DNA of 64,000 nucleotides from Allosphingosinicella sp. (lineage in GTDB: Bacteria; Pseudomonadota; Alphaproteobacteria; Sphingomonadales; Sphingomonadaceae), in assembly GCA_036399655.1 (NCBI GenBank), contig DASWMS010000058.1:19043-83042 (forward strand). The letters are read 5' to 3'. Below are positions 39,641-48,365 of this stretch, in pieces; positions within the stretch are counted from its first letter, which is position 1; every line of letters begins with the position of its first letter. Position numbers and translations under genes: made by a program. The notes beneath the pieces are model-generated. The model made no database searches, was not told where the DNA came from, and saw only the letters and a list, made by a program, of their open reading frames with translations.

Positions 39641-40393
39641 TCAGACGACGAGGAGGGCGCCGGAGGCCACCACGGGACCGGTGGGCCGGCCGGTCGGCGA
39701 GCCGCCCGTCGGCTCGACGGAAAGGGCGACCGCCGACTGAGCGCGGAAATGCGGCGCGACCTCGACCGGCACCCGGAAGCGTTGCGGCTCTCCTGCGCGC
39801 ACCAGCCCGAGCGAGACCGGCGCGCCGCCCGCCGGGATGACCCACAGCTCGTGATCGTGGCCGGCGGCGCCGGTCAGCCGCCCCGGCGTCACGACCAGGC
39901 TGCGATCCTCCAAATCATAGGCGACCGACAGCGACGTCTCCTCCTCGGGCGAGGCGAGGGCGGCGACCAGCACGCGCGGCCGCTCCGGCTGAGCGGCCGG
40001 CTGGCGCTCGGCGACCGCCGGACGGTCGGTCGTGGCATCGAGGCCGACGACGAGGGCGAGCGAGGCCGCGGCCGCCAGCGCTCCCACCGCGATCGTCCGC
40101 CAGACGCGCAGGCGCCGCTTCAGCGCGACGACGTTGGCCCCCGCGGCCGGAGCCTCCCCGATCGCGCGGCGCACCCGGTCCCAGAGCGCCGGATCGGGCA
40201 CGACCGCTGGCGCTTCGCCGGCGAGCGGCATCAGCCGTTCCTGCCACTGCGCGACGGCGCGCGCGAAACCCTCGTCCGCCGCCTCCAGCCGCCGCACCTC
40301 GGCGAGCGCGCCGCCGTCCAGCAGCCCCAGCGCATATTCCGCGGCGAGCAGGTCCCTCTCGTCCTCGGGCGCGACGGGATCGTCGGCGCTCAT
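39641..40393 (-). CDS. Anti-sigma factor (RskA-like)
   Basis: LAAEYALGLL, W.ERL.PL, one TM, HELWVIP..PVSLG, ALSVEPTGGSPTG.PTGPV. Confidence 0.9.
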   Translation of the reverse strand: MSADDPVAPEDERDLLAAEYALGLLDGGALAEVRRLEAADEGFARAVAQWQERLMPLAGEAPAVVPDPALWDRVRRAIGEAPAAGANVVALKRRLRVWRTIAVGALAAAASLALVVGLDATTDRPAVAERQPAAQPERPRVLVAALASPEEETSLSVAYDLEDRSLVVTPGRLTGAAGHDHELWVIPAGGAPVSLGLVRAGEPQRFRVPVEVAPHFRAQSAVALSVEPTGGSPTGRPTGPVVASGALLVV

Positions 40394-40971
40394 CGATCGA
40401 GACAATCGCGAAGGCGCAGGAGGCCACGGCGGATCCAGCTCTTCATCGTGCCCAGCGGCACGCCTGCGCCCGCGGCGAGCTCGGGATAGGAGAGGCCGCC
40501 GAAGAAGGCGGAGCGGATCGCCGCCGCCTGCCGCGTCTCCAGCTCGTCGACGCAGCCGGTGAGGCGGGCGCGGTCCTCGCCGGCCTGGAGCCGGGCGAGC
40601 GCGTCTTCGCCGCCGTCGGCGACGTCCCGCGCCGCCTCGATCGGCTCGGCCGGCCGCGGGCGGCCGGAGGCGCGCAGCCGGTCGATCGCGCGATTGCGGG
40701 CGATGGCCGCGAGCCAGGTGACGGGGCTCGCCCGCGCGGCATCGAAGCTTCCCGCCCGCCGCCAGACGCTGACATAGACTTCCTGCAACGCGTCCTCCGC
40801 CTCTCCCCTGTCGCCCAAGATACGCAGGATGAGGCCGAACAGCTTCGCGGACGTGCTTTGATAAACTTCCTGGAGTGCGCTTTCGCTGCCCGCCGCGACG
40901 CGGGCGAGCGCTTCCGACAATCGCCGGCGCGCTTCGTTTCCGCTGCTGATGCTGCTTGCCGGCCGGTCCAC
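40390..40971 (-). CDS. ECF sigma factor (SigK/RpoT-like)
   Basis: AEDALQEVYVSVW, WLAAIARNRAIDRLR, GLSYPELA..PLGTMKSWIRRGL; start approximate. Confidence 0.93.
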   Translation of the reverse strand: MDRPASSISSGNEARRRLSEALARVAAGSESALQEVYQSTSAKLFGLILRILGDRGEAEDALQEVYVSVWRRAGSFDAARASPVTWLAAIARNRAIDRLRASGRPRPAEPIEAARDVADGGEDALARLQAGEDRARLTGCVDELETRQAAAIRSAFFGGLSYPELAAGAGVPLGTMKSWIRRGLLRLRDCLDR

Positions 40972-41039
40972 GCAAGGCGTGTCGCACGCGCGCCCGCGCC
41001 CGGCAACCCGGCCGAAAGACGGTGGCTGCATCCGTCCGG

Positions 41040-41066
41040 TGCATCCGCCGACGCCCGCACGCCGTA
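41040..41066 (+). promoter_or_regulatory. Candidate ECF promoter TGCATCC-N16-CGTA
   Basis: 29 nt upstream of small ORF at 41096. Confidence 0.6.
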
Positions 41067-41095
41067 CCTCCATCGAAAACAGCGAGGAGAGACGG

Positions 41096-41332
41096 ATGAC
41101 CTGCTTGAGCCCCCGCCACACGCCGCGCCGCGCGACCGGCCGCTTCGCCACGCGCGGCGAGCTCGTCGGCCACGTCTGGGCGATCCGCCGCCAGCAGCTC
41201 TACCCGAACCTCAGGAAGATCGCCGAAGCCTGCAACGCGACGCTCGACGTCGTGCGCACGATCCTCAATTCGGAGGAAGGCCTGGACGATTATCTGGAGC
41301 GCGGCCTCGCTTTGGGGGCGCCTGCAGCCTGA
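41096..41332 (+). CDS. Small hypothetical protein, possible HTH
   Basis: GAGGAG RBS; 78 aa; LRKIAEACNATLDVVRTIL resembles an HTH. Confidence 0.6.
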   Translation: MTCLSPRHTPRRATGRFATRGELVGHVWAIRRQQLYPNLRKIAEACNATLDVVRTILNSEEGLDDYLERGLALGAPAA

Positions 41333-41405
41333 GCTGCGGGAGCAGAAGGCCGGGATCGGGTCCGGCGCCCGGGAGCAGCCGGGCGGCCGTATTGCTGAGC
41401 TGGAA

Positions 41406-41480
41406 TGGTGACCCCTACGAGAATCGAACTCGTGTTTTCGCCGTGAGAGGGCGACGTCCTAACCGCTAGACGAAGGGGCC
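41406..41480 (-). tRNA. tRNA-Glu (CUC)
   Basis: GGCCCCT..GTCTAGCGGTTAGGAC..TCGCC-CTCTCAC-GGCGA..GTTCGATTC..AGGGGTCA-CCA; 75 nt. Confidence 0.96.
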
Positions 41481-41574
41481 ATCGGGCCATCGCGGCGCGC
41501 GAGCGAAGCGAGGAGGGCCGCATATGGGCGGGAGGGGCTTCGTGTCAAGCGCCGGGGTGGCGCCCGAGCGCCGG

Positions 41575-42018
41575 TCAGGGTGCGCACATGGGCGGGTTCG
41601 GGATGTCGGCGCCCGCCGGGGCGACGGCGAGGAGGAAGCGGTAGCGCGCCTCAGCGGGCGCGGGGCCGGGCGCCCCGCGCGACGGGCAGGCGCCGTAGAA
41701 ATGGAGGAGGCGGCCGCCCGAGAGCGGCTCGGTGCCGCGCAGGCGCAGCACCGCCTCGCGCGCCGCGCCGTTCTGGCTGAGGCGCACGGCGATGCGGACG
41801 GTGCCCGCCTGGATGCACTGCACCGACGCCGGGCAGCGGCTGTCCTCGACGAGGCGAAGCACGCGGAGCGACAGGCCGCCGAGCCGGGCCTCGCCGCCGA
41901 TGCCGACGCTCGCCTCGCCCTGCGCCGGCTGCGGCGAGACTTCACCTGCGTCCATGCCCGTCGCGGGAGCGCAGGCGGCAAGCGGGAGGGCGAAGGCGGC
42001 GGCGAGAACCCGGATCAT
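41575..42018 (-). CDS. Hypothetical lipoprotein
   Basis: Lipobox LAAC; VEDSRCPASVQCIQAG motif. Confidence 0.7.
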   Translation of the reverse strand: MIRVLAAAFALPLAACAPATGMDAGEVSPQPAQGEASVGIGGEARLGGLSLRVLRLVEDSRCPASVQCIQAGTVRIAVRLSQNGAAREAVLRLRGTEPLSGGRLLHFYGACPSRGAPGPAPAEARYRFLLAVAPAGADIPNPPMCAP

Positions 42019-42290
42019 TGGGCCTGGCCGTTGCCGCTCGGGTTCAGCATCTGGGCGTTGCCGGCGTCCTGGAGGACGTTCTGGACCTCCTGGGCCGGAT
42101 CGGCGGCGCCCTGCGCGTCGATCCGCTCGGCGCCGTTTTCGAGGACGTTGGCGGCCTCCGGCGTGCTGGCGCCGGCCGCCTCGCGGAGCTGGTCTGCGGC
42201 GTTGCTCTGCGCGGTTTCTCCGCTGCCGCCGCAGGCGGAGAGGGCGAACGCGGCGGCAAGGAGGGCGGCGGCGGCTGGGCTCGGTTTCAT
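42015..42290 (-). CDS. Small hypothetical lipoprotein
   Basis: Lipobox LSAC; polar helical body; GGAG RBS. Confidence 0.65.
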   Translation of the reverse strand: MKPSPAAAALLAAAFALSACGGSGETAQSNAADQLREAAGASTPEAANVLENGAERIDAQGAADPAQEVQNVLQDAGNAQMLNPSGNGQAQ

Positions 42291-42319
42291 CGAAAAGGCT
42301 CCTGTTCGGGTTCGCGCGG

Positions 42320-43549
42320 TCAACAAACGGCGGCAGCACGGGTTTCAGGCGGGCGCGCGCTCCGGCGCGCTGCGGCAAGGAGGCACCCGGCGAGCGCCGC
42401 GATTTCCATCGCCTGGCCGGCATTGAGGCGCGGGTCGCAATGGCTGTCGTAGCGGGCGCCGAGATCGCTCTCGGCAACGCGCGCGGCGCCGCCGGTGCAT
42501 TCGGCAACGTCGCGGCCGGTGGTTTCGACATGGATGCCGCCGGGAACCGCGCCCTCCGCCAGGATGGCGGCGAAGAAGCCGCGAAGCTCCTGCGCAATGT
42601 GGCCGAGCGGCCGGGTCTTGAGCCCCGATGCGGTCTCGATCGTGTTGCCGTGCATCGGATCGCAGGACCAGAGCACCGGGCGCCCCTCGCGGCGGACCGC
42701 GCGGATGAGCGGCGGCAGGCGGCGCGCGACCTCGCCGCGGCCCATTCGGGCGATCAGCGTGATCTTGCCCGGCTCCCGCTCCGGATCGAGCGTGTCGAGG
42801 AGGCGCAGCAGGGTGTCGGCGTCCAGCGACGGGCCGCACTTGACGCCGAGCGGGTTGGCAAGGCCGCGGGCGAGCTCGACATGCGCCGATCCGGGGAAGC
42901 GGGTGCGGTCGCCGATCCACAGGAAATGGCCGGAGCTTCCCCAGTGGCGGCCGCTCGCCGGTTCGAGGCGGACGAGCGCTTCCTCGAAGCCGAGGAGCAG
43001 CGCTTCGTGGCTGGTGTAGAGGCACGCGCGCTCGGCTTCCGCGAGGATGCGGATGTGACTCAAGGTGGCGGCCGATTGCGACCAGGCGCGGAACATGCGC
43101 TCGGGATCTGCGCGGCGCGCGGCAGGGGTGAAGGGGAGTGCGTTCACGATGTCGCCGCGATAGGCGGGTAGGGCCTCGCCCGCGCGCACCTCCGGGTCGG
43201 CGGTGCGGGGCTTGGCGAACTGCCCGGCAATGCGCCCGACGCGGACCGCCGGCACACCCGAGGCTTCGGCGATTTCGCGCGCCATGGCCATGATGAGCCC
43301 CGCGCTGCTCGCGATGGTCTCGGGCGAGAATTCGGCGAAGCTTTCGGCGCAATCGCCGCCCTGGACGAGGAAGGCGCGGCCGGCCTGCGCGTCGGCAAGC
43401 GCGGCCTTGAGTGCATCGCACTCGGCGATGGGAACGAGCGGCGGATAGGCCGCGAGCTCGCGCGCAGCCGCTTCGAAGGCCGCGCGCTCCTCGTAGGCGG
43501 GCTGCTGCCGCGCCTCGAAGCTCCGCCAGCGCGTCGGTGACCAGTCCAT
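42320..43549 (-). CDS. Class II DAHP synthase (compact form)
   Basis: QQPAY, QGGDCAESF, GRIAGQFAKPR, LWIGDRTR, CDPMHGNT, CDPRLN. Confidence 0.92.
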   Translation of the reverse strand: MDWSPTRWRSFEARQQPAYEERAAFEAAARELAAYPPLVPIAECDALKAALADAQAGRAFLVQGGDCAESFAEFSPETIASSAGLIMAMAREIAEASGVPAVRVGRIAGQFAKPRTADPEVRAGEALPAYRGDIVNALPFTPAARRADPERMFRAWSQSAATLSHIRILAEAERACLYTSHEALLLGFEEALVRLEPASGRHWGSSGHFLWIGDRTRFPGSAHVELARGLANPLGVKCGPSLDADTLLRLLDTLDPEREPGKITLIARMGRGEVARRLPPLIRAVRREGRPVLWSCDPMHGNTIETASGLKTRPLGHIAQELRGFFAAILAEGAVPGGIHVETTGRDVAECTGGAARVAESDLGARYDSHCDPRLNAGQAMEIAALAGCLLAAARRSARPPETRAAAVC

Positions 43550-43593
43550 GCCCGCGCTTTCGCGGATCAGGGGCGGCTGTGCAAGCGATCCGG

Positions 43594-43680
43594 GCTTCGA
43601 CAGGCTCAGCCCAAGCGGGCTCGGGAGCTCACAATCCCTTGCGGTTTAAACCGCCGCTAGCCCTGAGCCTGTCGAAGGGC
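43594..43680. repeat. REP-like palindrome (CTTCGACAGGCTCAG family)
   Basis: cttcgacaggctcagcccaagcgg...ccgctagccctgagcctgtcgaag. Confidence 0.75.
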
Positions 43681-43698
43681 GAGTCACCCGCACCGGCC

Positions 43699-44631
43699 TT
43701 ACGCGCCGGGCACCCCGAGCTCGCGCGCAGCGCCGCGCAGGCGTTGCTGGGCGGCCGCGTCGCCATTGAAGGCCGCCACGCCCGTGCGCAGCGCCTCCGC
43801 CGCACGCTGCGGCTCGCCAAGCATCATCCGGGAACGCATCAGCATGATCCAGCCGTCGGCATCGCGCGGGTTGGTGCCGAGGCGCGCCGCGAGGCGGTCG
43901 ACCATGCCGCGGGCCATTTCGTTCTGCCGGCTCGGCGGAATGGCGCGTGCCGCTTCGAGCTGCTCGCGGGTCGGGCCGGGAATGCCCGCGGTTGCGGTCG
44001 AGGGTGCGGGCGCGGCGGGGAGGCGGCCCGCCAGCGCGATGCCGTTCGCCGCGGCGATCCGCTCGGCGGCCTCGCGGACCTGAGGAACCCACGGCGCGGC
44101 TGCGGGGGCGGTGCGCAGAAGCGCGAGGAGATCGTCGACGGCGCCGCGATGGTCGCCCCTCATGTCGCGCATCGTGGCGAGATAATAGCGCGCCTGCGGG
44201 TGGCCGGGCTCGATCTCGAGCGCGCGGCGGAACAGCCGCTCGGCCTCCGGCGGCGGGTTCCCGCGAGACGTGAGGACCAGCGACTCGGCAAGATAGCCGA
44301 GGTAATCGGCTTTCTCGGGTCTCAGCTCCATCGCGCGGCGGAAGGCGCGTTCGGCGCCTGCCGCGTCGCCGGTTTCGCGAAGGAGAAAGCCGAGGCTGAA
44401 CCAGCCTTCGTCATTGTCCGGATCCTGCCGCAGCCGCTGCTGCAGGCCCGCAATGGTCTCCTCGACGCTCGCCGGCTGCTGCGCGTTCGAAGGCGCCGCT
44501 TCGTTCGCGCTCTCGCCGCCGCCGCTCGAGCGGACGATCGCGGTGCCGACCGCCACCAGCGCGATCAGCCCCGCCGCGGCGAGGGCGAGGGTCGCGGCGC
44601 CCGGGCGGGCGGTCTTGTTCGTGTCCGGCAT
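43699..44631 (-). CDS. Membrane-anchored TPR protein, CcmI/CycH-like
   Basis: One TM; LQQRLRQDPDNDEGW, TPR repeats, MVDRLAARL..NPRDADGWIMLMRS.MMLG. Confidence 0.8.
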   Translation of the reverse strand: MPDTNKTARPGAATLALAAAGLIALVAVGTAIVRSSGGGESANEAAPSNAQQPASVEETIAGLQQRLRQDPDNDEGWFSLGFLLRETGDAAGAERAFRRAMELRPEKADYLGYLAESLVLTSRGNPPPEAERLFRRALEIEPGHPQARYYLATMRDMRGDHRGAVDDLLALLRTAPAAAPWVPQVREAAERIAAANGIALAGRLPAAPAPSTATAGIPGPTREQLEAARAIPPSRQNEMARGMVDRLAARLGTNPRDADGWIMLMRSRMMLGEPQRAAEALRTGVAAFNGDAAAQQRLRGAARELGVPGA

Positions 44632-44750
44632 GGCGCGGATCATCGCGGCAAAAAGATCGAGGTCAAGTCTGGCGCCGCCGCCGCCTGCTGCTAGACTGCG
44701 CCGCCGGGGACTACGCACGCGGGGGCTGCGTAGACAGGGGGCCGGCGGCT

Positions 44751-47291
44751 GTGACGACTTCGTTCAAGATCGCGATCGTCGGCTCGGGTCCCGCGGGCCT
44801 CAGCGCCGCCGCGCGTGCCGCGCAGCTCGGCCTTTCCCACGTGCTGCTCGAAAAGACCGACCACCTTTCCGACACCATCTACAAATATCAGAAGGGCAAG
44901 CACGTCATGGCGACGCCGAGCCAGCTCGTGCTGCGCTCGGACATGGATTTCGAAGCCGGCAAGCGCGAGGCGATCCTCGGCACGTGGGACCGGATGGCCG
45001 CCGAGCACAAGATCAACGTGATGCTCAACGCCGAGGTTAAAGCGATCCGCGGCACAGGACCCGCCATCGAAGGCTCGGTCCAGAAGATCGTCTCGCGGGC
45101 GCGGGACGGCACGACGACGACCAAGGAAATCCAGCGCCACGCGCCGCCCTACGAGATCGTCATGACGAGCGGCGAGACGATCCTGGCCGAAAACGTCATC
45201 CTTGCCATCGGCACGCAGGGCAATCCGAACCTGATGCGCTGCGAAGGGGCGAGCCTGCCGCACGTCACCTACCAGCTCGACGATCCGTACGCGATTTTCG
45301 ACGAGCACATCCTCGTCGTCGGCACGGGCGATGCGGGGATCGAGAATGCGCGCGCGCTCGCCGAGGATCCGGCGCAGGGCAATGTCGTCACCATCCTCAA
45401 TCGCCAGCCTCGCTCGGCGAACGTGCGCGAAAGCTTCGCCACCGCCAAGGAGCCCAACGCCAAGGCGCTCATCCAGGACGACGCCGACGGCCGCCTCACC
45501 ATCCGCTACGAAACCGAGACCAAGGCGGTGGAGCCGGGCTGGGCAATCCTCAACACGCGCGACGGCGAGGAGCGCATCCGCTGCGACCGGATCATCGCCC
45601 GCATCGGCTCCGCGCCGCCGCGCGCCTTCGTCGAGAATTGCGGCATCGAGTTCGCGAGTTCGGACCGGACGGCCTTTCCCAAGCTTTCGCCGGTGTTTGA
45701 GACGACGGCGCCGGGCATCTTCGTGATCGGCGCGCTGGCCGGATACCCGCTGATCAAGCATTGCATGAACCAGGGCTACGACGTCGTCGAATTCGTCAAC
45801 GGCAACCGCGATCTGAAGCCCGCCGACGAGCCGATCCTGGAGCAGAAATTCGCAGGGCTCCCCGGCCGCCGCAGCGTCGACGAGTGGCTCGAATTCCTGC
45901 GCACCAGCGTCTCGATCCTGGAAGGCGTCTCTCCGCTTCAGATGCGCGAGTTCATGCTCGATTCGAAGGTCGAGCATTACCGCGCCGGCGAAGTCATTTT
46001 CGAGCGCAGCGACCCCGGCTCTTCCCTGTTCGGCATCGCCCAAGGCTCGGTCCTCGTCGAGGTGGACGCAAAAGACCGGAAGAAAGTCGTACCCATCGGC
46101 ACGGGCTCGATCTTCGGCGAGGTGGGACTCATCTCCGGCCGCCGCCGGGGCGCGACGGTGCGCGCCGGCGAGGATGCGATCGTCGTCGAAGTGTCGCGCC
46201 TCGCGGCGTTAAAGCTCATGTCGCAGGTCCCGGCCGCCAAGCGCGCGATCACCCGCATCTCGATCGAGCGGCAATTGCTGCAGATGTTCGGCTCAGGCCT
46301 GACGGCGGAAGACCTCACCGAAGTGATCGAAACGGCCAAGGTCGAATCGGTGAAAGCCGGCGAGGCAATCATCGAGGAAGGGGGCGAAGGCTACGACATC
46401 TTCGTCATCCGGCAGGGTTCGATGGTCGTCCAGAAGACGATCGGCGGGAAGCCGGTTTTCCTCTCCTATCTCCCGGCCGGCTCCTATGTCGGCGAAATGG
46501 CGCTGATCGACGGCGGGCGGCGCACCGCGACGGTGCGCGCCGCGGTCAAATCCGAAGTCATCCGCCTCGACGGCGACGCCTTCCGCCGCCTCCTTGGCGC
46601 CAAGCCCGATCTCCTCGCCAAGGCCGAGATCGACATGGCCGGGCGCAAGGCGATCAATGCGCTGATCGAGGAGAAGAAGCACGAATATGGCGGCGTCGTG
46701 GACATGTACTCGTCCATCGCCTCCTTCCTGGTCGAAAACGGCATCGGCGAAGCGACCGACGTGCTCCTCATCGACGAGAAACTCTGCGTCGGCTGCGACA
46801 ATTGCGAGAAGGCCTGCGCCGACAGCCACGAGGGCCTGTCCCGCCTCAACCGCGAGGCCGGCAAGACCTACGCCCACCTCCACGTGCCGACGTCATGCCG
46901 CCACTGCGAGCATCCGCACTGCATGGCCGATTGCCCGCCCAACGCGATCCACCGCGGCGCCGACGGCGAGGTCTTCATCGACGACACCTGCATCGGCTGC
47001 GGCAATTGCCAGAGGAACTGCCCCTACGGCGTCATTCGGATGGAAAAGGTGCCGCCGAGGAAGCCGCCGATGCTCTCCTGGCTGATGTTCGGCTTTGGCC
47101 CCGGCCCCGGGGAGCCGCCGAAGAAATGGACCGAGAAAAGGGTCAGCGCCGAGACTCCGAAGAAGGCGATCAAGTGCGACATGTGCGCCGGCATACGCGG
47201 CGGCCCGGCCTGCGTGCGCGCCTGCCCGACGGGCGCCGCGATCCGCGTCTCGCCGGAGCAGTTTCTTTCCGTGTCACGGCTGGGGGAGTGA
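44751..47291 (+). CDS. FAD/NAD(P)H oxidoreductase + 2 cNMP-binding domains + 4x[4Fe-4S] domain
   Basis: GSGPAGLSAA, VVGTGDAGIE, GIFVIG; FGEVGL..RGATVRA and VGEMAL..RTATVRA; CVGCDNCEKAC, CRHCEHPHCMADCP, CIGCGNCQRNCP, CDMC..PACVRACP. Confidence 0.9.
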   Translation: MTTSFKIAIVGSGPAGLSAAARAAQLGLSHVLLEKTDHLSDTIYKYQKGKHVMATPSQLVLRSDMDFEAGKREAILGTWDRMAAEHKINVMLNAEVKAIRGTGPAIEGSVQKIVSRARDGTTTTKEIQRHAPPYEIVMTSGETILAENVILAIGTQGNPNLMRCEGASLPHVTYQLDDPYAIFDEHILVVGTGDAGIENARALAEDPAQGNVVTILNRQPRSANVRESFATAKEPNAKALIQDDADGRLTIRYETETKAVEPGWAILNTRDGEERIRCDRIIARIGSAPPRAFVENCGIEFASSDRTAFPKLSPVFETTAPGIFVIGALAGYPLIKHCMNQGYDVVEFVNGNRDLKPADEPILEQKFAGLPGRRSVDEWLEFLRTSVSILEGVSPLQMREFMLDSKVEHYRAGEVIFERSDPGSSLFGIAQGSVLVEVDAKDRKKVVPIGTGSIFGEVGLISGRRRGATVRAGEDAIVVEVSRLAALKLMSQVPAAKRAITRISIERQLLQMFGSGLTAEDLTEVIETAKVESVKAGEAIIEEGGEGYDIFVIRQGSMVVQKTIGGKPVFLSYLPAGSYVGEMALIDGGRRTATVRAAVKSEVIRLDGDAFRRLLGAKPDLLAKAEIDMAGRKAINALIEEKKHEYGGVVDMYSSIASFLVENGIGEATDVLLIDEKLCVGCDNCEKACADSHEGLSRLNREAGKTYAHLHVPTSCRHCEHPHCMADCPPNAIHRGADGEVFIDDTCIGCGNCQRNCPYGVIRMEKVPPRKPPMLSWLMFGFGPGPGEPPKKWTEKRVSAETPKKAIKCDMCAGIRGGPACVRACPTGAAIRVSPEQFLSVSRLGE

Positions 47292-47315
47292 GCGCACCGG
47301 CGCCCGCTCCTCACC

Positions 47316-47409
47316 GTCATGCCGGACTTGATCCGGCATCCATGAACACCGGCCTGCGCGTTATCGCGCGGCCTCCTTGTTCATGGATCCTGACTTTCGT
47401 CAGGATGAC
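47316..47409. repeat. Composite REP-like element between oxidoreductase and membrane gene
   Basis: gtcatgccggacttgatccggcatccatgaaca...tgttcatggatcctgactttcgtcaggatgac. Confidence 0.8.
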
Positions 47410-47485
47410 TGCGGACTAGTTGTTGCGTCGGGGTAACAAACGCGCTTTGAGTAGGCGCGGGGCGACAGGGGACGACGCCGCGGCG

Positions 47486-48358
47486 ATGGCGACGGGGGCA
47501 GGCAGGACACATCTGGGGAGCGGCGGGACCCATGAGGGCTTCCTGCGGCACCGCCGATTCCGCTGGCTGAAGCTCGCCGTCCTGCTCTCGCTTATTACGA
47601 TCGCTGCCTACGCCCTTTCCGACGTCCAGCCGCGCCACAATGGCGGCTCCTGGCTCGGCTACACGCTGGGGACGATCGGCGCGCTGCTCATCCTCTGGCT
47701 GACCATGCTCGGCATCCGCAAGCGGGCGATGACCCGCGGGCGCTGGTCGCTCAAGTCATGGACCTCTGCGCACGTCTATCTCGGCCTGAGCCTCGTCGTG
47801 ATCGCGACGCTCCACACCGGTTTCCAGTTCGGCTGGAACGTCCACACGCTCGCTTATGCGCTGATGATGCTGGTGATCCTGTCGGGCGTGTACGGCATCT
47901 TCGTCTATGCGACGCTTCCCGATGCGCTGAGCGACAACCGCGCCGAGATGACACGGCCGCAGATGATCGACGCCGTCGCCAAGATCGACCAGCAGCTCCA
48001 GGCCGCCGCCCAGCCGCTTTCCGTCGAGGACGCCCGCCTCGTCACCTTGTCGCTGAAGGAGGATCCGTTCCGCGCCGGCCTCTACCGCCGCCTTTCGGGC
48101 AATCACGGCAATTGCCGCAACGGCAAGGCGCTGAAGCGGATGCGCCTGCGCGCCGCCGGGGCTTCGGGAGGGGAGAAAGAGGCGGCCGCCAGGGTCATCG
48201 AGCTGATGGAGCGCAAGGCCGCCGCGCTCGGGCGCATCCGGCGGCACCTCCGGATCAAGGCGCTGCTCGAAGTCTGGCTCTACGTCCACGTGCCGATCAC
48301 CTTCGCGACGATCGCCGCGCTCGCCGCGCACGTCGTCAGCGTCTTCTTCTACTGGTAG
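47486..48358 (+). CDS. Integral membrane protein, ferric-reductase/heme-b-like
   Basis: About 5-6 TM helices; two H-x13-H pairs (AHVYLG..TLHTG; VHVP..AAHVV). Confidence 0.75.
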   Translation: MATGAGRTHLGSGGTHEGFLRHRRFRWLKLAVLLSLITIAAYALSDVQPRHNGGSWLGYTLGTIGALLILWLTMLGIRKRAMTRGRWSLKSWTSAHVYLGLSLVVIATLHTGFQFGWNVHTLAYALMMLVILSGVYGIFVYATLPDALSDNRAEMTRPQMIDAVAKIDQQLQAAAQPLSVEDARLVTLSLKEDPFRAGLYRRLSGNHGNCRNGKALKRMRLRAAGASGGEKEAAARVIELMERKAAALGRIRRHLRIKALLEVWLYVHVPITFATIAALAAHVVSVFFYW

Positions 48359-48365
48359 CGGCGCG

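Noticed and set aside
41333-41574. tRNA-Glu as integration site of an island containing the cytochrome locus
   Set aside because: No integrase, no duplicated tRNA 3' end seen, and codon style of the locus matches the host
47288-47419. GTG-started frame through the repeat, in frame with the membrane gene (possible read-through extension)
   Set aside because: Ends in TAG at 47417-47419; ATG at 47486 has its own RBS-like sequence
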